NCBI GenBank assembly: GCA_039818205.1
Contig: JBCBUK010000002.1
Location: 288,001-352,000 of the forward strand
Direction of reading: 5' to 3'
Length of the DNA: 64,000 nt
Source: Verrucomicrobiota bacterium
GTDB lineage: Bacteria; Verrucomicrobiota; Verrucomicrobiia; Opitutales; Cerasicoccaceae
The translations under genes were made by a program, and so were the position numbers. Positions 55,771 through 64,000 of this stretch are shown one piece after another (position 1 is the first letter of the stretch; each line of letters begins with the position of its first letter). The notes below the pieces were generated by a model that worked only from the letters and a program-made list of their open reading frames with translations, was not told the origin of the DNA and made no database searches.

Positions 55771-56836
55771 CGACGAATTGAATTTCGTTGGTCTCTATAG
55801 CCGTGATTTTCAGTTGGCTGTTTGCTTCGACAATAGACCCCACCTTGAAGACTTGGTTGTTCATCAAGACACGGCTCTTGCTACCCGCAACCTTAATGCC
55901 TGTTATGCGTGAAGCTTCCAGGAACGCAATGATATTTGGATTGGGCGCTGCATCAGCCGCTGGAGTGACCGGCGACGCATCGTCCGTGTTACCAGAGGAA
56001 ACCGGTTGGCTTGGCATTTGCGGAAGGGACGGAGATGGCTTCGGTGTCGCGCCTGGCTCGGCATTGATTGAGGCAATAGGTGGGGGAATTGTTACCGGCT
56101 TAGGATCTGGAGTTGGTGCGCTTGCAATGGGAGTTGGCTCCGGATCGGGAGTGGTTACCGTTTGGCTTGGAGGCGGAGCCGTCGATGTAGAGGCTGCGGA
56201 AACTGGTGTCGCAGGCTCAGATGCTGGTCCGGTTGACGTAGCGCTTGGTGTTGTGGGCGCCACCGGTTCCAGTGCCTTAGTGGCAACAATTGGTTCAGCT
56301 GCTTCGACCACTGGGGGCGCTTGAACGGTGGAAGTTGAAACAGTCGGTGCTGGCTTTGGTGCTGGGATGGGCGCGGCCTGCGCAACCACTGGCGCTGGCT
56401 GTGGTTCCGGTGTGGGAGGTGTTTGCGCCGCGGGTGGTGTCGGAGTTGGTACGGGTTGGGCCGGCGTTACATTGGTGGCCAGACGCTCGGCGGCCGAGCT
56501 TGGGCGTTCGGTTGTGGAGGGAGGTGGATTGGCCTTCGAAGCATCTAACTGCTCCTGAGTTGGCTTAATGGTTACCGCGACTTCGGTGGGGCGTTCGGGC
56601 GGCACCTCGGCTGGCTTGTTCAAAATAGTGATCAAGAGCCCAACAGCTCCGGCTAAGACGGCCACGACCAGTGCTCCAGCCATAAAGGCCTGCATAAACT
56701 TGAAGCTGGTCTTTTGTGCCGGGTTGCCTCGCTTGGCTTGAGCGCCTGCCATACTGGGCAGTGATTGGCGACCGGGAACGGTTCCTTGTTCTCGCTCGCG
56801 TTGGGCCTTCTTTAGTGCGTCGTTGATGAGGGACAT
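55730..56836 (-). CDS. ExeB/GspB-like protein
   Basis: N-terminal 'MSLINDALKKAQRER' is typical of GspB; one TM, a Pro/Thr/Ala linker and a C-terminal 'ITGI...SRVLMNNQVFKVG' domain; directly downstream of exeA. Confidence 0.8.
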   Translation of the reverse strand: MSLINDALKKAQREREQGTVPGRQSLPSMAGAQAKRGNPAQKTSFKFMQAFMAGALVVAVLAGAVGLLITILNKPAEVPPERPTEVAVTIKPTQEQLDASKANPPPSTTERPSSAAERLATNVTPAQPVPTPTPPAAQTPPTPEPQPAPVVAQAAPIPAPKPAPTVSTSTVQAPPVVEAAEPIVATKALEPVAPTTPSATSTGPASEPATPVSAASTSTAPPPSQTVTTPDPEPTPIASAPTPDPKPVTIPPPIASINAEPGATPKPSPSLPQMPSQPVSSGNTDDASPVTPAADAAPNPNIIAFLEASRITGIKVAGSKSRVLMNNQVFKVGSIVEANSQLKITAIETNEIQFVDESGIEYRKQFQR

Positions 56837-56863
56837 GGGAATCCTAGGGCGTTTGTGTTGCGG

Positions 56864-57679
56864 TTAGGCGAGGCGTTTGAGGTCTTTGATCGCGCACGAG
56901 ACGTCTTTGAAATTAATTTCGTCGGAATCGCGAATATAGGCGGCAAGCATGGCTTTGTCACACAGATTGTTGATCAGTCGAGGGGTGCCCTTGGTGTACC
57001 GATGAATGCGCCACTGTGCCCACCAAGTAAAACGTGGGCGGCCATTGCTGCCCGCAGTCGTCAAGCGGTGTTGGATATAGCTCGCGGTCTCCGTCCGGGA
57101 AAGGTGGGAAAGGTCGTAATAAACCAGGACCCGTTGACGAAATTGGCGAAGTCGTTTTTCGCGCAGGCGGTCGTTTAGTTCCGGTTGGCCCATTAGGATG
57201 ACCTGCAGTAGCTTTTGGTCATCGGTTTCGAGATTTGATAGCAGGCGGAGCTGCTCCATCACCTCGAAGGAAAGGTTCTGCGCCTCATCAATGATCATGA
57301 CGATCTCCTTGCCATCATGAATGCGCTTGAGCAGTGCGCCATTGAGGCGAGCCGTTAGATCGATGTGGCCCGTTTCCGGAACCTCTTCGCCAAGCTCGTG
57401 CAATATATTGAACAACAGTTGTTGCTCGGTAATCCGGGGGTTGAGGATTAGGATGGTTTCAACCTCGGGCTTATCATCGAGCTCCGAAAGTAACATCCGG
57501 CACAGTGTGGTTTTGCCGCAGCCCACTTCACCCGTCAGTACAATGAAGCCTTTCTTTTCGCTGATGCCATAGCGCAAATGGGCGAGCGCATCCTGGTGGG
57601 TCGGACTCAAGTAAAGGAATCTCGGGTCCGGCGTCACATTGAAGGGCATTTCGCAAAGGCCGAAGAATTCTTGATACAT
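56864..57679 (-). CDS. exeA: ExeA/GspA-family AAA ATPase (cytoplasmic domain only)
   Basis: 'MY.EFFGL...PF..TPDP.F', Walker A 'GEVGCGKTT', 'IIDEAQNL', 'LRLLSNLET', 'GQPEL' and 'G.PRLIN.LCD'. Confidence 0.92.
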   Translation of the reverse strand: MYQEFFGLCEMPFNVTPDPRFLYLSPTHQDALAHLRYGISEKKGFIVLTGEVGCGKTTLCRMLLSELDDKPEVETILILNPRITEQQLLFNILHELGEEVPETGHIDLTARLNGALLKRIHDGKEIVMIIDEAQNLSFEVMEQLRLLSNLETDDQKLLQVILMGQPELNDRLREKRLRQFRQRVLVYYDLSHLSRTETASYIQHRLTTAGSNGRPRFTWWAQWRIHRYTKGTPRLINNLCDKAMLAAYIRDSDEINFKDVSCAIKDLKRLA

Positions 57680-57907
57680 TGCTGGTTACGGTACGATAAA
57701 TCGCTAAGGGTCAATGTCCTAGAGGCGACCGGTGCTAATGTCGAGAAGTCCTTGGCCGGTGGTGCATCGAAGTTTGGTTTTTATAATTCGTTCAAACGTC
57801 AGCACGTTCGCGCAAGCCCAAGTTAAACAACCCAGGATGGCGAGGACTTTTTTCCTTGGCAATTTTTGCTCTGTTCTGCAAAGTCATGAAGTCTCTCCGA
57901 CAGCTGG

Positions 57908-58201
57908 ATGAAAAGCGCAAAAGTATACCAATATTTGTTGCCAGCCTTGGCTATCGCCTTGGCGTGTGTTTGCGCGGTGTTTGCCGTGGTGTTTATGCAG
58001 ACTTGGCGGGAGAACAAAGCTTTCGCGGAGCGCGAAGCAGCAGCCAAAGCCGAGCTTGCCCGTTTGGTTGAGCAGAACGACCTGCAGCAAGCCCACCTGA
58101 CTCAGTTGCTCAATGATCCAGAATTGGTTGAGCGGGTGGCGCGCGATCGACTTGGCTACTCCCGCGAGGGCGAAGTCATTTTCAAATTTCCCGAGAAGTA
58201 G
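57908..58201 (+). CDS. ftsB: Septum formation initiator FtsB/DivIC
   Basis: TM, coiled coil and 'DPELVERVARDRLGYSREGE'. Confidence 0.85.
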   Translation: MKSAKVYQYLLPALAIALACVCAVFAVVFMQTWRENKAFAEREAAAKAELARLVEQNDLQQAHLTQLLNDPELVERVARDRLGYSREGEVIFKFPEK

Positions 58202-58446
58202 CCATCGCGGTTCGTCTTTCGAATAAAGATCGGTTGGCGGTTCGCGTAGTTGAGTGCCGTAAGACGGCCAGATTTTTTATTTCAATTTTGGTCGAATTGT
58301 GGCTGGCGAATTTCAGCGCTCCAAAGAAGCGTGCGGCTAGACGATTTTGGTGGGCTGTGGCGGTTCGTTTGCTTCTTGTAAAAACAAGCTCGAGACATTC
58401 GCTGGGTTGATCTCGTTGCTGGAACTAGGTAGTTTCATGCATTGAG

Positions 58447-58857
58447 ATGTTACGGGAATTTAAAGGCGTCCGCCAGGAGCCAGGCGATGGATACCGTCGT
58501 TGGTGGACCGGTGATGGCATGGAATTTATTGCCTGGTTTGATGATGCCGATTCCCTGACTGGTTACCAGCTCTGCTACCGCGGTTGCGCCTTTACGTGGA
58601 AAACGGAGGGCGACTGGTCTCATGTGCGGGTCGACGACGATCTTTTTTCAGCCCGAGTTGATCCCTACGGAACGACTTGGCAGGGCCGGGGCGCATGTTC
58701 GCCAACTCCGGTGTTGCGCCCAAATGGTGCCCCAAGTCGTCCGCCATTTGGGCTTTTGAAGCTGTTTGAGCGAGCTTCGGAAACCGTGAAGGATCCGCTA
58801 AAGAAAACCGTTGAAACGACCTTGGGGCAGGTAGTCCGTCGTCCGGATTCGAATTAA
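58447..58857 (+). CDS. Hypothetical protein
   Basis: 136 aa ORF with a non-random Trp/aromatic pattern 'RRWW....IAWFD.....GYQLCY...FTW'; fills the gap before the convergent HEAT gene. Confidence 0.65.
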   Translation: MLREFKGVRQEPGDGYRRWWTGDGMEFIAWFDDADSLTGYQLCYRGCAFTWKTEGDWSHVRVDDDLFSARVDPYGTTWQGRGACSPTPVLRPNGAPSRPPFGLLKLFERASETVKDPLKKTVETTLGQVVRRPDSN

Positions 58858-58859
58858 CC

Positions 58860-60413
58860 TTAAAGGTTGTTCATATCGATCTCGATCACCTTGCCGCGAC
58901 CGAGCTCAACCTTAATCATTGGAACCAGTGGGCTGTCCGGATGATCATTCAAAAACTTGGCCAATACTTGGCGGCGGTTGGGAAAGGATTGGTCACGCAA
59001 TACGATGCCGAGGGCAGTTCGCTGCATCGCGAAATCCGGGTCGTCGAGTGAGGCGGATACGACCTTGGTCCATCCATCGATGCGCATGGCGCTCATTGTT
59101 TGAAGGGCAGAGGTCCGAACCTCAATCGCTTCGTCTAGCATTAGGTCAAAGAGCAAGCCAGCACCTTTGTCTCGGCCTTGCTGGGCCGCGAGCTGGACTA
59201 GCGCAGCACGGACATCCGGGTAGGGGTTGTCGAGCAGGTCCAATTCCAAATCCGCGGAAACCGCTCGCGGATCATCCAACAAATAGTCCACGACCATAAA
59301 CCGAATCTCGCGGTTGGAATCGACCAACAGCCGGTCGAGGATTTCTTTGTCCTGAGTCGACAAGTTGAGGTTCAGGTAGAGGCGAACCGCCTCCTGCCGC
59401 AACACGCTGCTCGAGAGCTCCGTCAATTGTGGAGCCACAGGAATAGCCAGTTCGCGATAGCCGCGCAAGGTTTGAAGGAATCGCAGGCCCTGGTCCTGGC
59501 TCAGGCGTCCAGCGAGGATACTGTCTGTCAGCCAATTCAACTGCATCAGTTCGCCCGTCCACTTGAAAAGCGCCAGACGTGCTTCGGCAGCGATCTCTGG
59601 GTTTTCGTCCGTCGTCAGGTCGTAAAGTAGTTCAAACGAATCGGGCTGACCTCTTCGGCCGAGTGAGGAGGTCAATTTAATGCGAGCTTGGTTGTCGTCA
59701 CCTTCGATGATTGCCATCGCCGCCTCCTTCCATTGGGCGTAGGGTGCGTACAGAATTGCGAGTGGAATGGCTTCGATGCGCACACCACGATCCTCATCAC
59801 TCATGAGGGCGACAAACGCCTCAGGCGGAATCTGGATGCCCAGGTTGTGGTGGTTGATGAGGATGTTGCGGCGAACCACCGGATCTTCATCCTGGTAGGC
59901 GGCGAGTAGTGCCCGCTGGGTTACCAGGTCTAGTTGGCGATTGGCAAAGTCCGGGCGAACCATCCGCGCGGTGCGCCAGATGTTCATCATTTGAGGAATC
60001 ATCGCAGTTACAGCGCGGCGAACCTCCACGTCTTCGTCTGCAATGCGCTGGAGTACGGGTTCGACGGCGTTGGCGGTGAGGCCATGGCGCCATTCGGCGA
60101 TGCTGACCAGAGCGGCGCGCCGCACGCGGGCGCTCGGATCATCCAGTGCCTCGAGGACGGCGCTCTTGGCGTCTCGCGCATGATATTTTCCAAGCAGCAT
60201 GACAGCGCCTGCCCGCAGTTCCGGGTTCTCTGCTTGGAGATCTTCAAGCGCGCGGTCGATCGTAGCCCGTTCTTCCTCGCTAAGTTTTGGTTGAGGAAGC
60301 AGATCGGGAGACAAAAATGAGCGAGGCAGCTGGCTCCGCTGGGCTTGGCTTACCGGGGAAAGAGCGAGCACGGCGAGAGCGATAGCCGCGAAATATGAAA
60401 ATCGATTGCTCAT
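58860..60413 (-). CDS. Secreted HEAT-repeat protein
   Basis: Signal peptide from the ATG at 60413; repeated 'L.D.D..VR..A' motifs. Confidence 0.85.
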   Translation of the reverse strand: MSNRFSYFAAIALAVLALSPVSQAQRSQLPRSFLSPDLLPQPKLSEEERATIDRALEDLQAENPELRAGAVMLLGKYHARDAKSAVLEALDDPSARVRRAALVSIAEWRHGLTANAVEPVLQRIADEDVEVRRAVTAMIPQMMNIWRTARMVRPDFANRQLDLVTQRALLAAYQDEDPVVRRNILINHHNLGIQIPPEAFVALMSDEDRGVRIEAIPLAILYAPYAQWKEAAMAIIEGDDNQARIKLTSSLGRRGQPDSFELLYDLTTDENPEIAAEARLALFKWTGELMQLNWLTDSILAGRLSQDQGLRFLQTLRGYRELAIPVAPQLTELSSSVLRQEAVRLYLNLNLSTQDKEILDRLLVDSNREIRFMVVDYLLDDPRAVSADLELDLLDNPYPDVRAALVQLAAQQGRDKGAGLLFDLMLDEAIEVRTSALQTMSAMRIDGWTKVVSASLDDPDFAMQRTALGIVLRDQSFPNRRQVLAKFLNDHPDSPLVPMIKVELGRGKVIEIDMNNL

Positions 60414-60423
60414 GGTGTGTTGA

Positions 60424-62595
60424 TTAGCGGAGCCCCATGTTTCGGCGCCAGAACCACTCGGCCCCAAAGGCGCCCAGTAGCAGGATCAAAAACAGTCCAT
60501 TGCGTGTCCAGTGGGTTCGCTCCTCTTGAACAGGGACACTCGCCGCCAAGGGAAGTTCATCAATTTGATCAATGTCACGCCACGCATAGTAGCGGCCGCC
60601 CGAGATGCGTGCAAGATCGCGTAGGGTGTTTTCGCGAAAGCGGAGGTCTTCGTTTTCGCGGCCCGCGCGCCTGGCGGCGAAGTAAGCGGTTTGCTCCAAG
60701 GTTTCTCCATCGGGAAATTCGATCGAGTAATCGATACGATATTCTCCGGACTCGTCGAGAAGCAGCTCGCCCGCGAACCGCCCAGATTCGTTGGCTTGAG
60801 GGATCAATCCAAGTTCTGGAAGAATCGCCCCGCCCGGAGTCGTGATGGTCGCACGGATCTGAGCATCTTCCGAAGGGCGGAAGTCGCTGCCGCGCACTAG
60901 GAGGTCGATGTCGGCCGGAGAGCCCAACGGCAAGACTTGGCCCTGAATCGGGAGCTCGACCCGAGGCTTACCGCCCGTTGCCAGCCACGCTAGCAGTTGA
61001 CGCCAAAACGCGCTGTGCTGTTCGTTTTCTCGATCGCTGGTGAGCGCCCAGCGCCAGGTGCTCTCGGTGCCAATGTAAGCGGAACGACCGGCACCATAGG
61101 CGTGAACCATCAAGACCGGGGTATCGGTTTTGACGGCCTCAGCGGCGACGCGTGCCCCAAGTGAAACGCTTTCGGGCTGAAACACCATCGACTCCGCGGG
61201 CAGGTAGGGACCCGGTGGCAAGCCGAGGACACCACCACTGGCATCAGGAAATACGGGCTGATTTGCGAGCTCGATGGGCGTGCGGCTGAGGACGCGAGCC
61301 ATTTCGCCGTCGCGAACCGGCAGGAGGCCTTCGAGTTCTTTGGGCATCTCGTTGGGATCTCCCAAAAAGAGGACGCCGCCTCCGCGCCTCAGTAAATACT
61401 CGCGTAAGCCTTCACGGGCATCCTCGCTCATTGCGACAACGGCAGAAATGTCGACGATCAATACGGAGTGTGGAAAAAACTCCTCGCCCGACTCCGGGAA
61501 GCCAAGGGTCGCTTCGTCCATACTGGTTTCTTCTTCAAAACCTTGTCGGTAAAAGCGCTCAGGTCCCGTTTGGATAATGCATTGGCGGGTTACCTGATCG
61601 TCGTCGCCAAGGGCCTGTTGCAGATAACGCCAGAAGGGTCCCAACCGCGCACTCAGGTAGAGCATGCTTTGGTTTTCCGGCAATGTAATGTCAACGGCTG
61701 CGTAATCGAGATCGTTGACTCGGTTGAAATCTCCCTCGGCGCGCTCTTTCAAGATCGCTCGGTAGACCTGGAGTCCTGGCGTTTCCGGAACGAAATCGAA
61801 ACTGACTCGATCTTCAGATTGGGAGGAAATGGTTATTGCTTGTTCACCAAGGAGTTCGGATTCCTGAAAGAGTTGGATTTCGACGGTGCGGTCTTCAGGG
61901 AAATTGTTGAGGACATCAACCGACAGGGTCAATGGATCGCCCAGCGGGGCATTATCGGGCGTATCGGTGAATTTGATACCGATGTCACCCGGAGGAGTGG
62001 GTTCGCCGATGCCAATCGTGGAAACGGGGATTCCGGCCTCGCGAAAGGCGACGGCAGCGTCCGGGACGCGTTCGCCGACCAAGTTGATCCCGTCGCTAAG
62101 CAAAACGACGCCGCCGAGGTTAGGGGCGTCGGTCGGGCGTTTGTCCAATAGCTCTACCAGTCCAGTGCCGATGGCGGTGTCTCCGTTGCGGGCATCCCAG
62201 CTAGGTCCCGCCTGCCAGCTTTGAACAATGGTCGAGGGTTCCAGCAGGTATTGATCACTCAGACGATCCCAGAGATTGTTGGTTTGGCCGGCGGCAACGG
62301 CTTCTTGGAGTCGTTCGAGTCGGGTTTTTCCACCGGGAAGGTCGCCGGTCTCCATGGAGCGGGAAACGTCTCCTACCACTGCGATGGCGAACTGGCTGGC
62401 GTCGGGTAGCTGCCGAGAAACAAAGGGGTTGAGCAGCAACAAGGCGACGAGAATAAGCCCGATGACCCGCAGGGCTGAGAGCCCCCATGCTGCGCGCGGC
62501 GTGATCGCAGGTCGCTTCCAAAGCACCCAGGCAGCAAGTAACCCGGTGAGCACCACGATGGCGAGGGGCGGAAAGGGGGTGTCAAAACCGGTCAT
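60424..62595 (-). CDS. Membrane protein with vWA (MIDAS), Ig-like and class I glutamine-amidotransferase-like domains
   Basis: N-terminal TMs, 'DVSRSM' and 'VVLLSDG' MIDAS, 'GGGVLFLG', 'YGAGRS....TWRW', 'LARISGG.Y' and C-terminal 'EWFWRR..GL'. Confidence 0.85.
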   Translation of the reverse strand: MTGFDTPFPPLAIVVLTGLLAAWVLWKRPAITPRAAWGLSALRVIGLILVALLLLNPFVSRQLPDASQFAIAVVGDVSRSMETGDLPGGKTRLERLQEAVAAGQTNNLWDRLSDQYLLEPSTIVQSWQAGPSWDARNGDTAIGTGLVELLDKRPTDAPNLGGVVLLSDGINLVGERVPDAAVAFREAGIPVSTIGIGEPTPPGDIGIKFTDTPDNAPLGDPLTLSVDVLNNFPEDRTVEIQLFQESELLGEQAITISSQSEDRVSFDFVPETPGLQVYRAILKERAEGDFNRVNDLDYAAVDITLPENQSMLYLSARLGPFWRYLQQALGDDDQVTRQCIIQTGPERFYRQGFEEETSMDEATLGFPESGEEFFPHSVLIVDISAVVAMSEDAREGLREYLLRRGGGVLFLGDPNEMPKELEGLLPVRDGEMARVLSRTPIELANQPVFPDASGGVLGLPPGPYLPAESMVFQPESVSLGARVAAEAVKTDTPVLMVHAYGAGRSAYIGTESTWRWALTSDRENEQHSAFWRQLLAWLATGGKPRVELPIQGQVLPLGSPADIDLLVRGSDFRPSEDAQIRATITTPGGAILPELGLIPQANESGRFAGELLLDESGEYRIDYSIEFPDGETLEQTAYFAARRAGRENEDLRFRENTLRDLARISGGRYYAWRDIDQIDELPLAASVPVQEERTHWTRNGLFLILLLGAFGAEWFWRRNMGLR

Positions 62596-62675
62596 GAACT
62601 GCTGCTACCTAAAGAAATGTTATATCGAGACTTACGGAGATAGATTCACCAAAAAGGACGGATTTTCAATCAGGA

Positions 62676-63179
62676 TTATCCTTTGGTGACAGCATAAATC
62701 CGAACAGGTATGCCTTTAAATGAAGAATTTTTCTCGAAAGAGAGCCCACATTTCTCGGCGACACGGATGGAGGCGACGTTTTCAGCCTCGATGATGGAGA
62801 TCATTCGCTGGTAGCCAAAGTCGCGCTGTCCATGGTCCTGAATGGCGGCCGCGGCTTCGGTTGCGAGGCCTCGGCTCCAATAATCGGGGTGCAACCGGTA
62901 GCCAATTTCGACTTCTTCCTGGTAGTCAACCATTTGGTAGTAGAATCCGCAGTAACCAATGACCGCGTCGGTTTCTTTGACGACGACTGCGTAGAGGCCG
63001 GTTCGTCGTTCCTCATAGGCGATCTGACAGCCCTCCAGAAAGCGTTGAGTTTTTGCGCGATCGTAGGGGCCACTCAACGAAAACCGCATAACCTCGGGAT
63101 GGCCGAGAACTTGGGCCATCGCGTCTAAATCGCTCAGGCGAAACCAGCGCAGGCGAAGCCGAGGGGTTTCGAGTTCCAT
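62676..63179 (-). CDS. GNAT N-acetyltransferase, RimJ/RimL family
   Basis: 'LETPRLRLR', 'EIGYRL....W.RGLATEAA' and 'N.AS.RVAEKCG'. Start trimmed to the ATG at 63179. Confidence 0.9.
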   Translation of the reverse strand: MELETPRLRLRWFRLSDLDAMAQVLGHPEVMRFSLSGPYDRAKTQRFLEGCQIAYEERRTGLYAVVVKETDAVIGYCGFYYQMVDYQEEVEIGYRLHPDYWSRGLATEAAAAIQDHGQRDFGYQRMISIIEAENVASIRVAEKCGLSFEKNSSFKGIPVRIYAVTKG

Positions 63180-63189
63180 GCCAAGCAGG

Positions 63190-63987
63190 CTAGGCGATCT
63201 CTTCAACCGGGGCCCGGAGTGTAAACTGTTCGCACTTGGTCGCGATGCCTTGTTCGGTATCGATCTCGACGAGGGTGCCGCACAGGCGCACATCATTTTC
63301 GGCAACCGGCCAGCGGCGAGGGATGCCATCGATGAACTTCAAAATTATGGGCTGAATTTCCCGCCCCAGGATGCTTTCGTAAGGGCCACTCATGCCGGCA
63401 TCCGTGTGGTAGGCTGTTCCGCGGGGCAGGATTGTGGCGTCGCCCGTGGGGATGTGGGTATGCGTCCCAACGACCATTTGAACGCGGCCATCGAGATACC
63501 AACCATACGCGACCTTCTCCGAGGTTGTTTCGGCATGGATCTCGGCAAGAACCGCGTCACACTTGCCATCGAGTCTTCGGATAATGTCGTCAGCACCGCG
63601 AAAGGGGCAATCGGCGCTGACCTTCATGAAGGTGCGGCCCAAGACGGTAAAGACGCCCAGTTTAAACCCGTTTTTCTCCAGGATTAGGTAGGAGCGGCCA
63701 GGGTTTTCCGTAGGAAGATTGGCTGGGCGGCAAACTTTCGGGAGTCCGGCGATCTCATCGATAAACCCGCGCTGATCCCAAATGTGGTCACCCAAGGTGA
63801 TTCCATCGACGCCAGCTTCAGTGATTTCGTGAGCAATTGAAGACGTTATTCCCGCGCCAGCAGCGGCATTTTCTCCGTTGGCCACGAGAAAATCCAATTG
63901 AAGGTCCTCTTTTAGCTGTTTGACTTTTGCTTTGACCAAATCCCGACCAGGGCGCCCAACAATGTCACCTAAAAACAAAATGCGCAT
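63190..63987 (-). CDS. ymdB: YmdB/TIGR00282 metallophosphoesterase (2',3'-cyclic-nucleotide phosphodiesterase)
   Basis: 'LFLGDIVGRPG', 'NGENAA.G', 'HAETTSEK', 'GTHTH' and 'TDAGM.GP' motifs. Confidence 0.95.
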   Translation of the reverse strand: MRILFLGDIVGRPGRDLVKAKVKQLKEDLQLDFLVANGENAAAGAGITSSIAHEITEAGVDGITLGDHIWDQRGFIDEIAGLPKVCRPANLPTENPGRSYLILEKNGFKLGVFTVLGRTFMKVSADCPFRGADDIIRRLDGKCDAVLAEIHAETTSEKVAYGWYLDGRVQMVVGTHTHIPTGDATILPRGTAYHTDAGMSGPYESILGREIQPIILKFIDGIPRRWPVAENDVRLCGTLVEIDTEQGIATKCEQFTLRAPVEEIA

Positions 63988-64000
63988 CTGACGATAAACG

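Noticed and set aside
57688..57714. TTGACC...TACCGT promoter for exeA on the minus strand
   Set aside because: The spacer is only 15 nt, so it is not supportable.
63180..63329. Extended N-terminus of the GNAT ORF
   Set aside because: It overlaps ymdB; the family motif starts at MELETPRL (63179).
1..64000. tRNA, rRNA, IS/transposase, integrase, prophage or defence genes
   Set aside because: No recognisable motifs by eye and intergenic gaps are short; a covariance-model search would be needed to exclude small RNAs fully.

Overview
A gene-dense bacterial window with about 54 supportable CDSs and no recognisable rRNA, tRNA, CRISPR array or transposase. The gene content (PSD1/DUF1553-DUF1501 cluster, EpsI, DUF4838, vWA/HEAT genes, SD-less A/C-rich leaders) suggests a PVC-superphylum organism, most likely Verrucomicrobiota/Opitutales; this is inference. 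Left to right: (1) a TetR-linked tripartite RND efflux operon (1-6.25 kb). (2) An approximately 39 kb surface-glycan locus (6.2-45.9 kb) with a GbsR-type regulator, LPS core genes (gmhA, heptose kinase, kdsA, kdsD), a WaaL-like ligase, an AT-richer Wzy/glycosyltransferase/acyltransferase/sulfotransferase block, a GDP-mannose 3,5-epimerase-like gene, a WecA fusion, a PglF/E/D/C-like (bacillosamine-type) set, EpsI, galE and uxs. Embedded in it is an ACP / adenylate-forming ligase / Fe-alcohol dehydrogenase / LuxE-LuxC fusion cassette with the gene order of the Vibrio cholerae O1 tetronate genes rfbKLMN, here paired with a bacillosamine-type pathway and a VOC epimerase; this is the most interesting item. 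(3) An NHL protein converging on a PSD1/cytochrome c-DUF1501-DUF2231/cytochrome c/LRR operon preceded by an AT-rich palindrome. (4) A short ExeA ATPase with two paralogous ExeB-like Pro-rich proteins and a secretin-fragment-like protein, divergent from ftsB. (5) vWA and HEAT membrane-protein genes, a GNAT and ymdB. All product calls come from motif recognition by eye; no database searches were run.
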